NCBI GenBank assembly: GCA_951406725.2
Contig: OX597816.1
Coordinates: 136,338,001-136,402,000, forward strand
Direction of reading: 5' to 3'
DNA: 64,000 nucleotides
DNA from: Octopus vulgaris
Lineage: Eukaryota
The notes beneath the pieces were generated by a model. It was not told the DNA's origin, searched no databases, and saw only the letters and a program-made list of their open reading frames with translations. The position numbers were made by a program, and so were the translations under genes. This document shows positions 1 through 12,468 of this stretch, piece by piece; position 1 is the stretch's first letter; each line of letters starts with the position of its first letter.

Positions 1-352
1 CTGGGTGCCACTGCATAATGCCAAGGACTCCAAATTTTCCATCAAGATGTAGGACAAGATACTGAAATAGCCTGGGTTTCAGAGGTCCACAGCTCTTCAA
101 TATCCTCCCGAAGGACCTGAGAGACCTGCATGGAGTGGATGTAGGTGTCTTGAAAATAAAGCTGGACCTCTTCCTGTCAGGTGTCCCAGATGAACCAACT
201 TCGCGGCAGGAGGTGTAGATGAGGGCAGCTGCATCAAACTCTCTCATGCACCAAATGTCAATTGCTAAAAAGCATTCATAAAGTAAAATTATATTGCAAC
301 TCCAAATGGCAGTGCCCCAGCATAGCCACAGCTCATGAGCTGAAACTAGATG
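1..352 (+). mobile_element. 3' end of CR1-type LINE (degenerate RT C-terminus + 3' tail), cut by window edge
   Basis: Collinear with 31933-32285 (ctcttcaatatcctcccgaag...gatgaaccaacttc...ggcagtgccccagcatagccacagctcatgagctgaaactaga); has in-frame stops. Confidence 0.85.
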
Positions 353-477
353 AAATAAATATATATATATATATATATTGATAAAACGGTAAGATAACAA
401 AAGAAAGAAAGAGACCTCAATATTATGTAAATAGAGGAAATTTATCTATACAATATGTTACATTACTCGGTAGTCAA

Positions 478-538
478 GATAAAACTCTGAGTTTCAGATG
501 CCGAAGTGGAAATCCACAACACCATCTCTTCGGTTATC
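478..538 (-). ncRNA. Hammerhead ribozyme-like motif (type I, minimal) in Penelope 3' region
   Basis: Reverse complement of 1318-1378. Confidence 0.65.
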
Positions 539-1317
539 TGGCTATTTGAAAACGTTATGAAAAAATACCGTTAAAAATGAAGGGAAATTACTCTGTTATA
601 ACTCTGCTTTGCCTGCGTACTTATACATCGCTCGCATTTTTCGTCATAAAAATTATATAAAAATACATAAAAAATATATAAAAATATATAAAAATATATA
701 AAATCTTCTTGGGACATAACACAGAAAGCATGTTCTATCCGTTTTCTTTAGGGGACCAAAAACGTAACAGAAATTTAGTCACATGTGGGCATGATCCGAA
801 AAGTTCTGTCCTTGTATTTAGACATGTGGTAGGGTCTAAGCTGCTTTTCCAGATAAGCCATCTCTCCATGTCGCATAAACCGCACCTTCCGCTGCCGTTA
901 GTATAGGGCTTACATCTGGCCAATGGAAGATTTTGGCCAGATGTAAGCCCTATACTAATGGCAGCGGAAGGTGCGGTTTATGCGACATGGAGAGATGGCT
1001 TATCTGGAAAAGCAGCTTAGACCCTACCACATGTCTAAATACAAGGACAGAACTTTTCGGATCATGCCCACATGTGACTAAATTTCTGTTACGTTTTTGG
1101 TCCCCTAAAGAAAACGGATAGAACATGCTTTCTGTGTTATGTCCCAAGAAGATTTTATATATTTTTATATATTTTTATATATTTTTTATGTATTTTTATA
1201 TAATTTTTATGACGAAAAATGCGAGCGATGTATAAGTACGCAGGCAAAGCAGAGTTATAACAGAGTAATTTCCCTTCATTTTTAACGGTATTTTTTCATA
1301 ACGTTTTCAAATAGCCA

Positions 1318-1378
1318 GATAACCGAAGAGATGGTGTTGTGGATTTCCACTTCGGCATCTGAAACTCAGAGTTTTATC
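1318..1378 (+). ncRNA. Hammerhead ribozyme-like motif (type I, minimal) in Penelope 3' region
   Basis: GATAA-CCGAAGA-GATG...CATC-T-GAAACTC-A-GAGT-T-TTATC: stem I GATAA/TTATC, core CYGANGA + GAAA, near-palindromic stem III. Confidence 0.65.
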
Positions 1379-1408
1379 TTGACTACCGAGTAATGTAACA
1401 TATTGTAT

Positions 1409-1468
<60 letters not shown>

Positions 1469-2079
1469 ATTAAATAAAAAGAAGACAACAAATGGAAAAT
1501 ATGACATACCTATATATATATATGTATATATATAATTCACAAAAACTTGTGTGATAAACAAACATATACTAAATACAGAGGCGAATAGAAAGCACAAGGT
1601 AACCAACTCCTTACCAGAGTGGCAAACGCAATTTTGGCCATTATTGGTATTGTAGTCTGCAACAAAAGTTGTGTGGTCATTTATAACGTCTGTTATGAGA
1701 AGTGGTCTACAATTTGTTGCTATGTCTGTTACACCGATTCTTCTTTTTTGTGATAACTGTTTTGAATTGTATATTGTAACGTCTGTTATCATGATTGATG
1801 TTTCCGACGGTTGTAATGACCATTGTCATTGTATTGTCTGTTGTGAAAACTTGCAACGGCTGTTGTATGTTTTAGTTGTATAGTCTGTTATAAGGTTTTA
1901 AAAAAAAATTTTTTGTTTTTACATTCACCTAATGTAATGACTATAGAACATGCACTTATATCTCATATTACTAGAATAGAATGAAATATTGATTTCTGTT
2001 GATTAGACAGGAAGATAGTTGTAGTCTTATGAAGTTCTCGTTTTCCACCGGTATATATTTCATCGACTTAATGATAATA

Positions 2080-2295
2080 ATGGTTTCAAATGTTGGCACT
2101 AAGCCAGCAATTTTTGGTGTACGAGTAAACAGATTACGTCGATTCCAGTATGCAATTAGTGCTTAGTTTACTGTCTTGAAAAGACGAAAGGCAAGGTCGA
2201 TGTCGGCGGATCTGAACTCAGAATGTAAAGATGGACAAAATACCGCTAAGCATTTTGTCCGGTATGCTAATGATTCTGCCAGCTCGCCGCTTTCT
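2080..2295 (-). repeat. tRNA-like SINE family B; further copies at ~2760-2975(-), 2990-3160(-), 3180-3380(-), 3770-3880(-), 9375-9570(+), 47370-47570(+)
   Basis: Reverse complement of ggcgagctggcagaatc...gagttca...gtcgactttgcctttc...; A/B-box-like head; multiple dispersed copies in the window. Confidence 0.75.
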
Positions 2296-2344
2296 TAATA
2301 GTAACAACAACAACAACAACAATAACAATAATAATGATAATAAT

Positions 2345-2740
2345 AAAGATCTTGAAATAGAAATGTGCAAAATGTGGAACCTGAAGACTAAAACAATACC
2401 TGTTGTCATAGGTGCCCTGGGAATGATTGCAAAAGGGGTTGATTGCTACCTAGCTCAGATACCAGGAAACCCCAAAATGGCAGAAATTCAAAAGATAGTG
2501 CTCGTGGGAATTGCTCATATCCTACGCAAAATACTTTCCATGTAATCTCAAGTTTTAAAACAAACATAATTTTCTTATGGTTTCTTAAACATTCTCTAGA
2601 ACAACGCTATGTACAAAACCAAATACATGGCACCCTAGGCATAACACCAACATGATCTTCCAACTTGTTGTCTCTTGAAGTCTCTGGGTGAGACTCGGAG
2701 CCAACTTGTACAAATATAAAGCAAAAGTCAAACGTAAAAT
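2345..2740 (+). mobile_element. R4/Dong-like non-LTR retrotransposon 3' fragment (restriction-like endonuclease C-terminus + 3' UTR)
   Basis: KDLEIEMCKMWNLKTKTIPVVIGALG...IQKIVLVGIAHILRKIL matches the R4/Dong C-terminal pattern; both ends lie in (AAT)n. Confidence 0.75.
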
Positions 2741-3393
2741 AATAATAATAATAATAATCCTGTCTATTATAGGCACAAGGCATGAAATTTTTTTCGGGGA
2801 GGGGCCAGTCGATTAGCTCGACCCCAGTACACAACTGGTGCTTAATTTATCGACCCTGAAAGGATGAAAAGCAAAGTCGACCTTGGCGAAATTTCAGCTC
2901 AGAACGTAGCGGCAGGCAAAATACCACTAAGCATTTCATCTGGCGTGTTAACGGTTCTGCCAGTTCGCAGCTTTCCTAGTAATAATCATAATAATGGTTT
3001 TAAATCTTGGCACAAGACCAGCGATTTCGGGGAAGAGCATAAGTCGATTACACCGAACCCAGTGCTTAACTGGTACTTATTTTATCGACCCCGAAGCGAT
3101 AAAAGAAAAATGCTGATAAGCATTTTGTCAGGCATGCTAACGATTCTACCAACTTACCACCTTTGTTTTGATTTTGACGGAAAGGCAGCAATTTCGAGGG
3201 GATGAAGTTTGTTGATAACAGTAACCCCAGTGCATGGCTGGAACTTTATTTTATCGACGCCCAAAACGAAGGAAAGCGCAGTCGACCTTGTTGGGATTTG
3301 AACTTAAAATGTACAGAGTTGGAACTAATAATGCAAAGTATTTTTTCTGACACACTAACGATTTTGCCAAGCCACCTCTATGCTACAAATAAT

Positions 3394-3761
3394 TTGGTGC
3401 TACTTTGGCGTATGATCTACAACTTCAAGGGCGATTACTTTATGTTAGTTTTTAGTTTCTTTACGTTGCAAAACACGCAACTGCCAAACTTGTGTGATCT
3501 ACGCGCTTATTTTAATTATTATATTGTTTATTCTTGGTTTCTTATTATCATTTACTAAGACATAAATGGGTCATGGCTTTATTATTATTAAAATAGTAAG
3601 AATTTTGAAAACTTCATTTACAGTGTTAGATATGTACAAGAGAATTTATTGCAAAAAATATTTAGCCATCTTAAGGGTTTTTAGAAATTGAAAAGTAAAT
3701 TAAAAAGTAACCTAAAGTAATCATCCTTTAAGTTGTAGATCACACGCCAAAGTAGCACCAA
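3394..3761. mobile_element. MITE with ~48 bp terminal inverted repeats
   Basis: ttggtgctactttggcgtatgatctacaactt... / ...aagttgtagatcacacgccaaagtagcaccaa around an AT-rich interior. Confidence 0.75.
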
Positions 3762-3879
3762 TAATCTTTTCTCATATAGGCACAAGGCGTGGCATTTTTC
3801 GGGAAGGGCTAGTCGATTATATCGACTCCAGTATTCAGCTAGTATTTATTTCATCAACTCCGAAAAGATGAAAGGCAAA

Positions 3880-4060
3880 GAGTGTGACAAGGCTGGCCCT
3901 TTGAAATACAGGTATTACTCATTTTTACCAGCTGAGTGGACTGGAGTAACATAAAATGAAGTGTCTTACTTAAGGACACAACGCATCGCCGGAAATTGAA
4001 CTCACGACATCACGATCGTGAGCCGAATGCCCTAACCACTAAGCCACACGCCTTCGCACA
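3880..4060 (-). repeat. tRNA-derived SINE family C; further copies at ~8840-8980(-), 20365-20630(+), 35765-36010(-), 37598-37860(+), 45445-45705(-), 54003-54310(+), 61930-62250(-)
   Basis: Head gtggcttagtggttaggg...gagttcaat (A and B boxes) followed by gttgtgtccttRagcaagacacttYatttc. Confidence 0.7.
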
Positions 4061-4090
4061 CACTATATATATATATATATCGACCTCACA

Positions 4091-4271
4091 TACTCAATAT
4101 GTGCTTTGCTTGTTCGCCGAGTTGCTGTGGTATAACTCTTTGAGGACGACTCCCTCATAACAGTGGGTACTAAAACACTTGAAAGTCGTAAACACCCAGT
4201 GTTATGAGAGATTTATCCCCAAAGCGTTATCCCACAGCGACTCGGCGAACAAGCAAAACACACGTTGAGTA
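4091..4271. repeat. Imperfect ~180 bp fold-back palindrome between two (TA)n tracts
   Basis: tactcaatatgtgctttgcttgttcgccgag...ctcataacagtgggt mirrored by acccagtgttatgag...ctcggcgaacaagcaaaacacacgttgagta. Confidence 0.8.
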
Positions 4272-4308
4272 CTGCTTACAACACAAGCGCCGCTTTTAAT
4301 TCGTAATC

Positions 4309-4378
<70 letters not shown>

Positions 4379-5031
4379 TTGTGCGTGTTCCATCACTATC
4401 ACTGGACAACCGGAGTTGCTTTGTTTACGTGCCTGTAACCTAGTGGTTCTGCAAAGGAGTCCGATTTGTTGGTCTAAAACCCTCCAAGGCAGTGCCCCAG
4501 CATGACCGCAGTCTAATGGCTGAAACAAGTAAAAGATAAACGGTACACATAGCAACTCATTTTATAAACATGTTTCAAGGAGGCGTTGTTAAAAGATCAC
4601 ATTTTAGTGAGCCAGTCTATTATAGTTACTGCAAATCTTATAAAGTGATCAGCATAAACCAGAGGAGTTTAGGAGTTAAGGTTTTCCACTTTCGACTAAA
4701 TTTTGATTAAAATATTTTGATTTTAAAAGTTTTGATATATATATATTTCGTCCTTGTTTTCGTATACATTCGCTGCTTTCTTCCAAGGAATCTAATGCTC
4801 TTAGATTAGTTTTTCATTGGGGCTGGTCAGATTGGAGCAATCTCGAGTATAACCAGCCGAAATTGCAAAGATAATCTGGAACTCGACTGAAGAAAGAAAA
4901 CTTCGAATGACCCGTCCGTGATTTTTCTTGTCCCTCTTTTGCGTCATCTGTCTGGATGTTTTGTTGTCCCTTTTTTTGTATTCCTTTACACACACACACA
5001 CACACACACACACAGAGACAGACAGACAGAC

Positions 5032-5105
<74 letters not shown>

Positions 5106-5984
5106 AGAGGCAGTGGGGATGCGTTTCATTTAGTCTGCTTTGCTGTTTAATTAGAAAATAACAACAAAAAGCAAAGCATTTATTGATTAACATTATTTGA
5201 CCCATAAACAAAACTCCTAGTTCGTTTCATACTGGAGAAGCGCAAAGCTGTTGCTGTAAAAACGTTGAGAAGGAGAGGGAGGAACAATGAGAAAGAAAGA
5301 GGAGGAGCGGAAGAGAGAAAGTAAACGAGGAAGGATTGGGGAAGGGTGGCAGAGATAAAAAGAGAAATAACGATTTAGGGAAAGTATGATTTGAACAGCT
5401 GTGTTACCATCCAGCATGTTTTGCTCCGATATGACAATATGTTAATATGCAAAAATACTGACAGAATTGTATCTAGGACAAATTTCATTTTAGACATATG
5501 CGTTAGTACACACTCACACACACACACACAGAGGCACATATTTACACATACGTGCATACATAAGTAAACACTGTCGTACACACACACACACATATCTATA
5601 CATAAATAGCCACATGCAAATTAGATGCAAGAATAATTGGTAGGCTTAAAAGCATTAATTAGGGACGTCAAAAAATCGATTTAGTTTGCAGGGAAACTGT
5701 TTGACACATACATGTGGGCGTGTCAGTGAGCGCGATTGTGTGTTTGGGTATCTTTTCTCTTTTACTTGTTTCACTCAATGGGCTGTGGTCATACTGGAGC
5801 ACCGCCTTGACACTACGTGGTTACAATGCAAACTTCTTAATCACACAGCAAACCCCGCGCCTATACACATGTAGAGATGCTGAAGAAAGGAGTAAGAAAC
5901 TTTAGAATAGATTTTCTTCATCAATGCAGTGCGTGTATCTCAAATAAAAAAAAACAAATTACATCAATATGGCCCAATGGCAAG

Positions 5985-6200
5985 GTGCCGAGCTGGTAGA
6001 ATCGTCGGCACGCCGGGTAAAATGCTTAGCGGCATTTCGTCCGTCTTTACGTTCTGAGTTCAAAATCCGCCGAGATCGACTTTTTCTTTCATCCTTTCGG
6101 GGTCGATGAAATGAGTACCAGTTAAGCACTGAGATCGATGTGATCGACTAGACCTCTCCCCTGAACTTGCTGGCCTTGTGCCCAAATTTGAAATCTATAT
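5985..6200 (+). repeat. SINE family B, CpG-retaining copy
   Basis: gccgagctggtagaatcgtcggcacgccggg...ccgccgagatcgac...ggggtcgatg; many CpGs intact. Confidence 0.8.
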
Positions 6201-6358
6201 TGTCCAGTGACACCTGTGGGTTACCCATGCGAGAAACTGATGTCCTTTTCATAGGAACGGTTGGTGCTCTCAGCTTAACTAAACACTGAAAATCCCTATA
6301 AGCTCCTACCATTTAGTTGGGTCTGCCAGTCTATTGGATACCGGATTAATGGACACTT

Positions 6359-6411
<53 letters not shown>

Positions 6412-7019
6412 CTCTCCCTCCTCTCTCTCTGTGAAGGTGAAAATGAAGCCCGGTGGGAATCATAATATCAGACAGGAACGCATAATCTGGCATAGCTTTA
6501 AATGTGAAGACTGCAAGAAACTAAAGGGTATGACATATACACAAAAATACACGCGCATGTATAGATAAACACGTACCTCTCCCGGTATTCTATAAATGAA
6601 TCCCTTATTGAAAACGTCGTATTGTGTGTTCATCAGGCATATCTTCTTTAACAAATATTGAGCTCAAGTGGAAGGAACAGTTCACAAATAACTGGGGGAA
6701 AGTGATTAATAAAATGTAAAGAGTTCTGGGGTATCAGCATGTACAAACACATAGCAAATAACATACCAAGATAACACACACACATACACACATATCTATG
6801 TAAGTATCGAGAATTCTTTTACGATCTTTTAGATTGTAAAGAAATTTTTATAAAGAAACATTCATTTTACTGCTACGACTGCTAACAAATAAAAGTGTGT
6901 GTCCTGAGAATATATTCTTTTATTCTTGTATTCTTTTGTGTTTCAGCCTAAAGGCTGTAGCCATACTGGATCACCTCCAGTATCATCACCTTTTCAATAG
7001 CTATTCCTATGTGGTTGGT

Positions 7020-7330
7020 TATGGGTGAATGAGGGAGTTTGATACTGCTGCCCTAATTTGAGTTTCTTGCCTTCTGGGAGGGTCAAGGTGCTTCATGAAA
7101 ACATCTTCTCCCATTCCATGTAGATCTCTCAGGTTTTTTGGCAAGATATTAAATAGCTGTTGACCTTTGAATCCCAAGCTTTTGCAGTACATTGTCCTTA
7201 CTATAGACGGGATATGAAACATTTGGCCTGCACATTTTGACCCCTTGCCACCTTGAAGTAACCTCTGCTATCTCCACAACCAACTTAATGGCCTTCTGCC
7301 AACTGGCCCCTGTGATGCCACGCACGCACA
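7020..7330 (-). mobile_element. Degenerate CR1-type LINE 3' fragment
   Basis: YCKSLGFKGQQLFNILPKNLRDLHG...RAAVSNSLIH matches the C-terminus of the 31093-32214 ORF. Confidence 0.8.
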
Positions 7331-10300
7331 CACACACATGCATACACATCCATATTTATTATTTATTAAAATGGTTCGTGAGAGTCTGTCAAATGTTTTG
7401 CTCCTTTGCTTTTTTTCAGACAAATAATAATTTATTGAATGTATAATGATTAACTCATGAAGTTCTAGAAAGACATTATGGGGGTAAAATATTTGAAGAT
7501 AAGAACTTTTGTTTTAAATTTAAAGTGCAAAAGAATTATTAAACATTTTGTTGTTTGCCATGAATCAGTTTGATATAATTGTAATTCTCATCGTATAACA
7601 CCGTCCGGCATACTTTATTTGATGAGTGGCTTCTGGTTCATGACTAACCCTTCAAGTATAAAATTGCATGTGTGCTGGATTCTCTTGTTCATGAATGTAT
7701 CTTGCTGTTTATTCGATCAGCGACGCTACCTACACTTTGAACTATACTGTAAATAAGAAAATTACTATTTTTAAATCTCACAGCATGAGATATTCAGCAA
7801 CAGTACTTTTTAGTAAAGATTGTTTGCCAAAACAATTGTTTTTTAGGTTGATGCGTTGGTGTAATGGTAGCACAACTTGTTGCGAGGTGTGTGTTCGAGT
7901 CGCACGCGTACAGGAAAACCTACTTTTTTGTGGTGCACCTGAGCACTGTATACAACAATTTCATTATTATTATTATAAAATAACATGACAGTCCTGGCTT
8001 AGGACGACTGTTGTGGCTGTAATTTAGCCCCAGGAGACATTGTCTCCAGCTGGATATACGACACGATGTGTCCTTATATTTTCGAACAAGGGATTCTAGC
8101 ACCCCCACTCAGCTCAAAACAATATCTGTATATCGCGATTTCCGGATTATTTACTGTATATATACCGTAAATAGCTGAATATTTCGTAGATACTTGTACT
8201 CTTCAGAACCTTTTGCTTATCCTGTTTTCCTGGCATCCATTCCCCGCTCCCCCCCTTTTTTTTTCTTCGACCACTAGATTAACTTTGGACTTATGAAAAG
8301 AAAGCTTTATAATACTATGAACATATAAAACAAGGGCTAACTAAACGTCCGAATACAAGAGAAGTGTTTAGGACAAACTTATGAAAAATGCTTTGGACAG
8401 CCAAAGGGCTAATGTAATCATCAGGTAGAATCAGTTTGACGCATTGTATGGACTGTACTCGTAACTCAAACGACCAGTCACACACACGAAGCTGGTCGTT
8501 TGAATTACGAGTACCGTCCATCATCTAGTGTAGTGTAAAGTTGACCGATAGTTCCTCAGTAACTTCAACGAATCTTCTGGTAGAATCAGTGTGGCACACT
8601 GAGTGACTAGAGCGACGTCACGAATGACATATACCGGCCCGTTTGACTGGATTCGACACAGTTTTCGTTTATATAATTTCACCATAAGTCCTGGGTTGTT
8701 TCAGGCCCTTTCCCAAGGTGTTGTGCGCAGTGGTAGCGGAACTAGCATCTCGTGATTCCGAAGCGAGCTTTTTAGCCATCCAATTATGCCTGTACATGTG
8801 TGTGTGTGTACGCGCGCGCTCGTATGTATATCTCTATATCGACCAGACTATCGGCTGAGTGGACTGGTGCTGCATGAAATAAATTGTTTTGCTCATGAAC
8901 ACAGCGCACCGCCGGTTGGGGAATCGAAACCACGCTCTTGCGATCGTGAGTGCAATATCCTTACCACTAGACCACGCACACACACACATTGCAGACGTGG
9001 CCAGAGGAGGGCGGATAGATTCACAAGAATCCCTCCATTTCCAGTAGCGTCTTACTAATGAAAATTATTATCTAACATTTATTTTAATTTTGTGGGTTTC
9101 TTTTTATTTCACATATTTTTGACATTTTAATAACTAGGGAAACCCCCACCTTAAGTCCTGGCTTCACCCATATATACATATGCAAACGCATGTTGTTCAT
9201 CTATGCTTCTAAGTTCTTGCGATTTTACTTTGATATGTCAAGCGATTAATGTACACACCAATCTGATTAAAGAAGCGTCTTCCGGATTTAGGAAATCTGA
9301 GGAAATGTATAAATATATTGGTGACTCACATTTTGTTATTTGCTCGTTCTGTTCTGATTGTATCAGCAGCTTTGAAGGCGATAAGCGGCCAGAATCGTTA
9401 CTGATCCGGACAAAATGCTTAGCAGCATTTCTTCCGGCTTCTTGTGTTCTGAGTTCAAATGTCGCCAAGGTCAACTTTGCCTTTCATAAAATAAATATCA
9501 AGTGAGCACTAAGGGATGGGGTAATTGACTAGCCCCTCATCACAAAATTTCAAGCCTTGTACCTTAAATAAAAAAAGGAAAGTAAAAAGTGTCAGCAGCT
9601 TTGTTTTCAATTGCTCCAGTCAAGATAATTGACTTGTTTTTAACGAATCCTTAAATCACTTTTTCTGTCCTCGACAAAATACTTTCATTACACAACTCAT
9701 TTGACATAAGTTGGTCTGGATTCTATCTATAAGACATACGACCTACCCCTAACCTAACGTCAGACTTCTACTTTTCATATATTGCTTTAAAAAAAAAAAT
9801 CTTTTTGCGTATATATAGAATATTTTTTTTAATTACGTAAACAAATATGAATCAACAAGAGAGAGTGTGCACTAGACGCATGCAAACTGCGAGACTTTCT
9901 GAATGGCACGCGTAACAAAAAGCTACCTTGAACCTTTTTCGTAGAGCAGCCCGCGTGATGATGAGCCATGCCTCATGCAGGTCGCTTCTCGAGAAATGTT
10001 GTCCATGTCTGCTCTACACCTAAGCTGGATATGTTAGAAATAGCAATTAATACACCAATAGCAGCGTAAATGATGAAATGACACTAATGGGAATTTTGTC
10101 TGTATATGATTATTTCACATCTTTTTATTAAAACTTTTAAATACCATATTGGATTTAATATTATTTAAGTATTAGAACACAAGCAATGTAAGCGGAATGT
10201 AATGGAAACCGGATATATATGTACATCTATCGCCCGGTTTAACATCACTATCTGGTCCCTTGGAGTTCAATTTACTGCAAGCATTCAGTTCAGGTCTCCG

Positions 10301-10696
10301 GTTTTTGAGATATTTTCCTCCCATCAGTCTCGGAAGTCCTGAAAAGAAAATGTCACGGATACTGCTCATCACCCCTTGACTAAACGTTACTGAAAAAAAA
10401 AGGAAAAGGAAGGAAAAGAAAAATGAAAATCGCAGATGGATGCCGCGAATTGGCATGGTCTCACATACTAGCCAACAAGGAAGCTTCTACGTGGAAGTCA
10501 AATCTCCAAAAAAGAACACAAAGAATGAATTCCTTGACACGCCTAAAAAGACAAGATGGTCACAGAATGTCTTTGATCATGTGTCACCTTGATCAGATTT
10601 GCTCTGGAGCTAAACAATGCCAGCAACTTCAAACACACTCTTTAATCATCCATATCAAACATACATCTCAAACTTGAAATATCTTTTCTTTTTAAA

Positions 10697-11026
10697 CAGG
10701 GGTTCTCAACCATTTTATATCTTTAGACCCCTTTGGTTACCATTTTTTTTTTCGTGTGGAATCCTATAGCTATTCGATGTTTAAAAAGCTAGTTTTTATA
10801 GAAACTTCTTTCAAAATTTCTATTTTGTTTTTCATGCATTAACTTGCATTATACATTGAACTATTTAAAATGTTAAAGAAAGAAACCTAGCTCTTTCTTG
10901 CAATACATGCCAATATATACGTCGAAAGCAAAATTTTTTCAAGGATCCCCAATTTACGTGGACTTTCAAAAATCAATTTATGTGAACCTTCAAAAATCAT
11001 ATACGGACCCCGATTGAAAACCACTG
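10697..11026. mobile_element. hAT (Charlie-like) MITE
   Basis: caggggttctcaacc ... gattgaaaaccactg TIRs; TSD imperfect. Confidence 0.65.
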
Positions 11027-11502
11027 GTTTAAAACATCTGTTTACTTTGGTCGGAATTAATGAATCCTAGATTATTCTAAAAGACCATTTCGAATAAAAT
11101 TTTTCAATTTCGAAAACATTTCCTTTACAAGATGTGCAAAAAACCTGAAAACAAACAGTTGGAAATTGTAACAATAACATTACAGGAACTGTATGTTTGG
11201 TTTATACTTTTGTTTCTATCTAACCTATTCATTGTACAAACCTCTCAGCTTCACACTACGCTGACACTGTATCGACATTGAGCTAACAAAGAATATATGT
11301 TCTCGTTTGATCTCTTGCAAACGACAACGAAATCTCCAGTTCAAACCATACAATCTTTACAAAAAAATCAAGGTAGCAATTGAAATTGTAATTCAAGTTG
11401 CACTATGTCTGCACTGAGAAGAGATAGAGTGGTCGGAATGCCTTTGATTTGCTTCAAGAGGGCTGACCATGGGCTAAAGAACAAAAGTGTCTTTCTCTAA
11501 AC

Positions 11503-11826
11503 CAGGGGTTCTCAACCGGGGTCCACATGGATCCTTGGGGTCATATAAGATTTTTGAGCGTCCACAGATACAATATAGTAAATTAGGGGTCCACAGTAAA
11601 TTTTCAGCGGCCATGAAAAAATGGTATTCCTGACGAGTAAAGTTTATGCTATAGTAATATGTCCATAATACACAAAACATTCTAATTACTTTTATACAAT
11701 TCCAGATAGTATTTAATTATAAAAATGTAACAGGATTTTTAAAACAACGAATGGTTATGAGTGTCCATTCGAGTAAAATCGGAATCAAAGGGGTCCACAT
11801 GGGCAAAAAATTGTTGAGAACCCTTG
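11503..11826. mobile_element. hAT (Charlie-like) MITE with 8-bp TSD
   Basis: TIRs caggggttctcaac/gttgagaacccttg; perfect 8-bp TSD ctctaaac (11495-11502 and 11827-11834). Confidence 0.88.
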
Positions 11827-11979
11827 CTCTAAACTTTGCGTCACATATTTACAAGTAATCATGCTATCGATAATCAAATATCAAGTTATCCCCCTCCCTT
11901 ACACACACACATACTGTTGAATATTGAGTGCGATCATATCTTGTGGTAAATGAACTGGTGTGTAACAGAGAATCATGAG

Positions 11980-12468
11980 AAAAGAAGGCGGTTGTTAGAC
12001 TGCGTACCCCGAACCAACTACAACTTGGATCTCTCACTCTCTCTCTCACTCATTCTCTCCCGTGTCCACTTCTCGTAGTATAATGCTGTCCGGCAGCTTG
12101 TCACCTGCCGATACGCTGTTTAAGCACAACACTTTCACAAACTATTCATTTATTGTTTCATTCTCGACTGAATGTAGTTTGAATTAGAGTAAGTGGAATT
12201 CACGTTGTTCACATTCCTATTGGACACTAGAGCTGTCTGTCCTACTATTGTTATGGAGTGTGGTTAACCTCGCAAGTGGCATTCCAAGCCCTGTGGGTTT
12301 TTTTTTCTTCCCGTTATGTTGCTGTCTACCTAATTCTGGATCTAACTACCACTGAAATACAAATGATTTGGCTAGGAAATTGTGTGAAAACGATCTAATT
12401 AGACGAAATAGTTAACGTGGGACTTGTCTACATATAAATAGCTGTTTAATATAGACCTAATTTAAAAG
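11980..12468 (+). promoter_or_regulatory. Putative promoter / non-coding first exon of the host gene
   Basis: Unique, CpG-retaining sequence with a pyrimidine tract, ending in a consensus donor AAG|GTGAGT at 12468/12469; repeat CpG decay begins downstream. The start is not definable. Confidence 0.4.

Larger units (their letters stand above)
378..1412. mobile_element. Penelope-like (Naiad-type) element, 5'-truncated head-to-head fold-back insertion in (TA)n
   Basis: Minus arm 378-923 and plus arm 921-1412 mirror each other; both encode the GIY-YIG C-terminus (RCGLCDMERWLIWK...LNTRTELFGSCPH); near-identical to 27035-27590; flanked by (TA)n on both sides. Confidence 0.92.

Noticed and set aside
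709-1147. Repeated 65-aa ORF MGHNTESMF... as a small gene family
   Set aside because: Antisense shadow of the Penelope GIY-YIG C-terminus, repeated only because of the palindromes.
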